A stretch of DNA of 64,000 nt from Chloroflexota bacterium (lineage in GTDB: Bacteria > Chloroflexota > Limnocylindria > QHBO01): contig JACDEL010000002.1 in the NCBI GenBank assembly GCA_013816405.1, forward strand, positions 6,220 through 70,219, given 5' to 3'. Positions 59,567-64,000 of this stretch are shown piece by piece. The notes beneath the pieces were generated by a model. It saw only the letters and a program-made list of their open reading frames with translations. It was not told the origin of the DNA and did not search any database. A program made the translations under genes and the position numbers. The number at the start of each line of letters is the position of its first letter. Position 1 is the stretch's first letter.

Positions 59567-61395
59567 TGGGCGGCTCGCCCTTCCGCCGGGACGCCGACAC
59601 CACCGCCGTATTCGTAGGGTCCGGCGCTGACCATCGGGATGTGGTCGAAGTTCTGGATTGGCGGCGGGGACGAGATCTGCCATTCCAGCGTGTGTGCGCG
59701 CCATGGGTTCGGGGCCGCCCTGGGGCCCCGGCGCCACGACCAGACCATGTTGAAGACGAACACCGCCACCGACAGGAAGATGTTGAAGGCGGCGAAGCTG
59801 ATCCACAGGTTCAGGCCACCGAACTGGGAGGGATAGTCGGCGACGCGGCGGCGCATCCCCTCGATCCCCAACCAGAACATCGGCAGGAAGGTGGCGTTGA
59901 AGGCCAGGGTGAACCACCAGAAGTGGAGCTTGCCGAGCCGCTCCGAATACATCCGGCCGGTGATCTTGGGGTACCAGTAGTAGGTGCCCGCAAAGAGCCC
60001 GAAGATGGTGCCGCCCACGATCGTGTAGTGGAAGTGGGCGACCACGAAATACGTGTCCGAGAGAGTGATGTCGGTCGGCACATCGGCCAGGTAGACGCCG
60101 GTGATGCCACCGATCAGGAACGCCCAGATGAAGCCGAAGACCCACAGCATCGGCGTCTTGAAGTGGAGCTTGCCCATCCAGATCGTGCCGAGCGCCGACA
60201 GGAACACGATCCCGGTCGGGACCGAGATCAGCTCGGTCGTGAGCATGATCGGGATGTGGAAGAACTCGGCCATGCCGCTCACGAACATGTGGTGGGCCCA
60301 GACCATGAAGGACAGGACGCCGATGGAGATGAACGACAGGACCGCCAGCGGATAGGCGAAGAGCGGCTTGCGCGCGAAGACCGGCACCACCTCCAGGATC
60401 GCTCCCAGACCGGGCAATCCCATGATGTAGACGGCGGGATGTGAGTAGAACCAGAAGAGGTGCTCGAACAGGATCACGTCGCCGCCGCGGCTGGGTCGGA
60501 AGAACGAGGTGCCAAGGACCCGGTCGAAGAGGAGCATGGTGAAGGCCGCGGCCACGACCGAGGTGGCGATCAGGGCGAGGGTGGCGGTCACGGTCAGGGC
60601 CCAGACGAAGATCGGCATCCGCATCAATGACATACCTGGAGCACGCATGCGGAACACGGTCACCAGGAAGTTGATGGCGCTGATGATCGAGCTGATACCG
60701 ACGGTGACGAACGCCATCAGGTAGGCCTGCTGGCCCAGGTTTGCCTGCTGGCTGAGCGGCGGATAGGCGGTCCAGCCGCTGTCGAAGCCACCGAGCAGCG
60801 GATTGATCGCGACCAGCAGGATGGGCAGCGGCAGGAGCCAGTACGAGAGGGCGTTGGTCTTGGGGAACGCCATGTCGCGCGCCCCGATCATGATCGGGAC
60901 CAGGTAGTTGCCCAGGCCGCCGATGATCGAGATCAGGGCGACGGTGATCATCATCGCCCCGTGCGTGCTCATGACCGTGTTGTAGGCCTCCTTGCCGAGC
61001 ACGAGGCCGGGCTGCGCCAGCTCGAAGCGCATGAGCATCGCGAACGAGCCCGCGATCAGGAACAGGAGGAAGGCGGTGACGAGGTACTGGACGCCGATGA
61101 CCTTGTGATCGGTGGTGAAGCGGAAGTAGCGACGCCAATCACCCGCCGTTCCATGAGCGGCGTGCTCCTCGGCGGGATCCACCTGGCGCCCCGCCGCCCA
61201 GGTCACCCAGAATCGGAAGGCGCCGATGCCGAACAGGAAGCCGATCACGGCCAGCAGGTAGGCGAGGCCAAGGACCTGGCCGTCATCAATGATCAGACCT
61301 GCGCCGCGAGCGAGCGTCAGTGACCCAACCCCCACGGCAATGCCAGTGGCGGCGCCCAGCACGGCCCTCAGCATCCCGGGCCTCAGGATCCTCAT
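59563..61395 (-). CDS. ctaD: Cytochrome c oxidase subunit I, A2 type, with N-terminal 2-TM extension
   Basis: TTDHKVIG, STHG, WFYSHPAVY, VWAHHMF, VAHFHY, GMRRR. Confidence 0.96.
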   Translation of the reverse strand: MRILRPGMLRAVLGAATGIAVGVGSLTLARGAGLIIDDGQVLGLAYLLAVIGFLFGIGAFRFWVTWAAGRQVDPAEEHAAHGTAGDWRRYFRFTTDHKVIGVQYLVTAFLLFLIAGSFAMLMRFELAQPGLVLGKEAYNTVMSTHGAMMITVALISIIGGLGNYLVPIMIGARDMAFPKTNALSYWLLPLPILLVAINPLLGGFDSGWTAYPPLSQQANLGQQAYLMAFVTVGISSIISAINFLVTVFRMRAPGMSLMRMPIFVWALTVTATLALIATSVVAAAFTMLLFDRVLGTSFFRPSRGGDVILFEHLFWFYSHPAVYIMGLPGLGAILEVVPVFARKPLFAYPLAVLSFISIGVLSFMVWAHHMFVSGMAEFFHIPIMLTTELISVPTGIVFLSALGTIWMGKLHFKTPMLWVFGFIWAFLIGGITGVYLADVPTDITLSDTYFVVAHFHYTIVGGTIFGLFAGTYYWYPKITGRMYSERLGKLHFWWFTLAFNATFLPMFWLGIEGMRRRVADYPSQFGGLNLWISFAAFNIFLSVAVFVFNMVWSWRRGPRAAPNPWRAHTLEWQISSPPPIQNFDHIPMVSAGPYEYGGGVGVPAEGRAAQ

Positions 61396-62129
61396 GGGGG
61401 GGACCCGCTCGGCTGCGGCGACGGCTTCGGTTGCTGGCTCAGCCAGGATTCGAGAGCCGCGCGGCCACTCACCACGACGGTGAGATGCATGTCGGTATGG
61501 CCGAAGCCGCACAGCTCCGCACAGAGACCGGGATAGGTGCCCTCCACCGTCGCGGTCAGGTAGATCTGGGTCGGCCGCCCCGGGACCGCGTCCTGCTTTA
61601 CGCCAAATGCGGGCACCCAAAATGAGTGGATCACGTCGTCGGAGTTGATGACGAGGTGGACGCGCTCGCCGAGCGGGATGTGGAGCTCCTTCGAGACGAC
61701 GCCGGCGTCGGGGTACTCGAAGTGCCAGGCCCACTGCTCCGAACGCACCTGGACCTCGAAGTCCGAGCTCTGGGCCCCGCGGATGTCGATCAGCCCCACC
61801 GCGCCGTAGCCGAACAGGCCGATCACCAGCGCGAAGCTGACGCCGAGCCAGATCGACTGGAAGCCGCGACTGCCATGGACCGGCGGCCCATCGGTCTCAT
61901 CGCCATTCGCCCGAAAGCGCAGGGCCGAATAGGCAAGCCCTACCACCACAAACATGAGAACCGGGACCGACACGATGGTCAGCAGCACGAAGGCTGAGTT
62001 TTCGATCACCGCCTCTCGGGAGGCGATGACGGGGATGATCTGGATGCCCGCGACCAGGACGATTCCCACGATGGAGAGAACCGCCCAGGCCGCGGCCGCG
62101 ATCCAGAGGTGGCGCCGAGGACTGGTCAC
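61392..62129 (-). CDS. ctaC: Cytochrome c oxidase subunit II (CuA, no fused cytochrome c)
   Basis: QWAW, DVIHSFW, CAELCGFGHTDM. Confidence 0.95.
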   Translation of the reverse strand: MTSPRRHLWIAAAAWAVLSIVGIVLVAGIQIIPVIASREAVIENSAFVLLTIVSVPVLMFVVVGLAYSALRFRANGDETDGPPVHGSRGFQSIWLGVSFALVIGLFGYGAVGLIDIRGAQSSDFEVQVRSEQWAWHFEYPDAGVVSKELHIPLGERVHLVINSDDVIHSFWVPAFGVKQDAVPGRPTQIYLTATVEGTYPGLCAELCGFGHTDMHLTVVVSGRAALESWLSQQPKPSPQPSGSPP

Positions 62130-62144
62130 GCTGGACGAGGCAGA

Positions 62145-62582
62145 TCAGGTGACCGTGAAGTCGATGTGCATCCCCTTCTGGTAATGCACGAGGTCCTCGA
62201 CGTGCAGGTTGCAGAAGATGACGTAGTGCCCGGGCTGGAGCGTCAGCGTCAGGGAGCGGTCACTGCTGCCGGACTTGATCTCGGCAACCTCGCTCGGGTC
62301 GCCGACCTCTGACAGTTCGGGCGAGTCTTCGACCACGGTGCCGTCAGCGTTGGTCGGGAGCGCGTCCGCCTTTTTGTCCGTCTTGCGGACGACGAACTCA
62401 TGCTCCTTGTCGCCGTCGTTCTTGATGTTGAAGGTGAGCGAGCCGGCCTTGAGATTGGCCGAGCTCAGGGTGATCTGCCACTCCTTAACGGTCGCCGAGA
62501 CGGGACCGGCGGACGGCCCCGAACTCGTGCACGAGACAAGCAGACCGCCGATCGCGATCAGCGCCAATACTCTTCGCGCCAT
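62145..62582 (-). CDS. Cupredoxin (type 1 copper) lipoprotein
   Basis: Lipobox LVSC; HEFVV ... FCNLHVEDLVHYQKGM; GAGGAG SD. Confidence 0.85.
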   Translation of the reverse strand: MARRVLALIAIGGLLVSCTSSGPSAGPVSATVKEWQITLSSANLKAGSLTFNIKNDGDKEHEFVVRKTDKKADALPTNADGTVVEDSPELSEVGDPSEVAEIKSGSSDRSLTLTLQPGHYVIFCNLHVEDLVHYQKGMHIDFTVT

Positions 62583-62722
62583 TTCCGTATCTCTCCTCCT
62601 CGCCGCTTGACGTGGCGCATGGCATGACCATGAGACGCCGCCAGGTGCCGCGTTGAGGCCTAGCATCGGGGGCCATTGCGTCCGCTCATATACTCGCAAC
62701 GAGCCATTCTGGAGAACCGCAT

Positions 62723-63828
62723 TTGGCCATCCCACGCTACACGCCGCCAGTTGCAACCGAGCTGCTCTCGCCGAGTGCCGAGTGGGCGGCTGATCCGTCC
62801 GGGATCGGCATGGCCGCGCAGTCGCGCGCGGAGCGCTGGACTTCCCGCATCCGGGTCAACCGACGCGCAGCGCAGCTGGTCATCGACCTCGCCTCGGTCG
62901 TCACCATCGTCCTGACCTTCGCGTACCGCTTCTTCCCGGCGGAGGTCATGTTCCACGTCGTCTTCGTGCTGCTCACGGTGCAGGCATTTCTGTTCGGCCT
63001 GCGCGCGACGCTCCTGCGGATCGCCATCGTCTCGATCCCGCTGCTGGTGTACGCAAACGCACGCATCTTCGGCCTGAGCGAGCCCCGCTTCGACCTGTCC
63101 GAGTGGCCGCTCATGTTCGTGATCGCCGTTCTGGTCGCATGGATGGCCGATCGCGTGGACACGACCGCCAAGCGCTACGCGAGTCTCTTCCGACAGGCCA
63201 GCGAGCGCCTTCTCACCGTGGAGGAGGACGAGCGGCGGCGGATCGCGCTCGAGCTGCACGATGGGGTGGGGCAGGTCCTCACGGCGATGACGCTGACGCT
63301 CGACGCGGCCGACAGCTCGCTCGGGGCGAAGGCGGCCGGCCAGCGCATCGGCTCGGCGCGTCGCATGGCCGAGACAGCCCTCGCCGAGGTGCGCCACCTG
63401 GCCATCGCATGCGCCCGGCCCGGATCGAAGAGCGGGGCCTGACGGCGGCAATTCGTGACCTTGCGGGGCAATCCGGCTTTCCCGTCCGGGTTCACGTGGA
63501 CCCTCACGGGGATCCGACGCCGGCACTCGAGCCGACGGTCACCGTGGGCGTGTACCGGATCGTCCAGGAGGCGCTCGCAAACTCGGCCCGCCACAGCGGC
63601 GCCCCTGTGGCACATGTCTGGATCAGCTGCCGCGAGGGGAGGCTCCTGATCAAGGTGACCGATGAGGGGTGTGGGTTCAACCCAGGTGCGGTGGTGGACC
63701 CGGGGATCGGGCTTGCCGGCATGTACGAGCGCGCCGAGCTGCTGGGCGGGCGGCTTGCCGTTCAGTCCGCAGTGGCGAGCGGCACGCGGGTGACACTCGA
63801 CCTGCCGATCAGCTCGAAGGGACACTGA
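62723..63828 (+). pseudogene. NarX-like (HisKA_3) sensor kinase with a 1-nt frameshift near 63403
   Basis: EDERRRIALELHDGVGQ in one frame; HRMRPARIEERGL...QEALAN...DEGCGF...GLAGM in another; start uncertain (62723/62810). Confidence 0.8.
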
Positions 63829-64000
63829 TGGAACCCATTCGGGTCGGCATCGTCGACGATCACGCCCTGGTTCGGGACGGGCTTCGGCTGATCCTCGAGC
63901 GAGAGCCCGACATCGAGGTCGTGGGAGACGCGGCCGACGAAGCGGGTGCACTCGCGCTGGCGGCCAGCGGCAGGCCGCACGTGATGGTAGTCGACCTCAC
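63828..64000 (+). CDS. NarL/LuxR-family response regulator (3' truncated)
   Basis: MEPIRVGIVDDHALVRDGL...VMVVDL; ATG overlaps the kinase TGA. Confidence 0.88.
   Translation, partial: MEPIRVGIVDDHALVRDGLRLILEREPDIEVVGDAADEAGALALAASGRPHVMVVDL

Noticed and set aside
58949-61138. 729-aa ORF suggesting a long subunit III fusion
   Set aside because: The N-terminal part is an off-frame shadow of coxI; subunit III starts at 59566

Overview
High-GC bacterial chromosome segment; gene content tentatively suggests Chloroflexota (Limnocylindria-like), which is inference only. From left to right it holds: a cyclase-STAND-TPR gene (5' truncated); a ~7.4 kb defence islet (SIR2-domain gene, Type III Res, Mod) bordered by a decayed HTH fragment resembling a solo-Cas1/casposase C-terminus; tRNA-Gly; pckA; a GAF-GAF cyclase with osmC; a GNAT and a GalT-like protein; an ECF sigma/anti-sigma pair; pyrR; a PucR-regulated catabolic cluster (YahE/F/G or AllH/F/G-like transcarbamylase, carbamate kinase, triuret-hydrolase-like enzyme, permease, allophanate-hydrolase C-domain) lying between pyrR and pyrBC; pyrE; nnrE; a cytochrome c with a CcoN-like protein lacking all metal-ligand His; tRNA-fMet with a small att-flanked islet; tRNA-Lys; pit/pst/pho genes; a full ccmA-I cluster; ctaG; an A2-type cytochrome oxidase operon with a cupredoxin; and a frameshifted sensor kinase with its response regulator. 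The best candidates for undescribed systems are (1) a phosphorolytic, ATP/carbamoyl-phosphate-yielding triuret/biuret pathway, (2) a SIR2 NADase coupled to Type III RM, and (3) a cofactor-less CcoN paralogue with a cytochrome c. All family calls come from motif recognition by eye; no searches were run.
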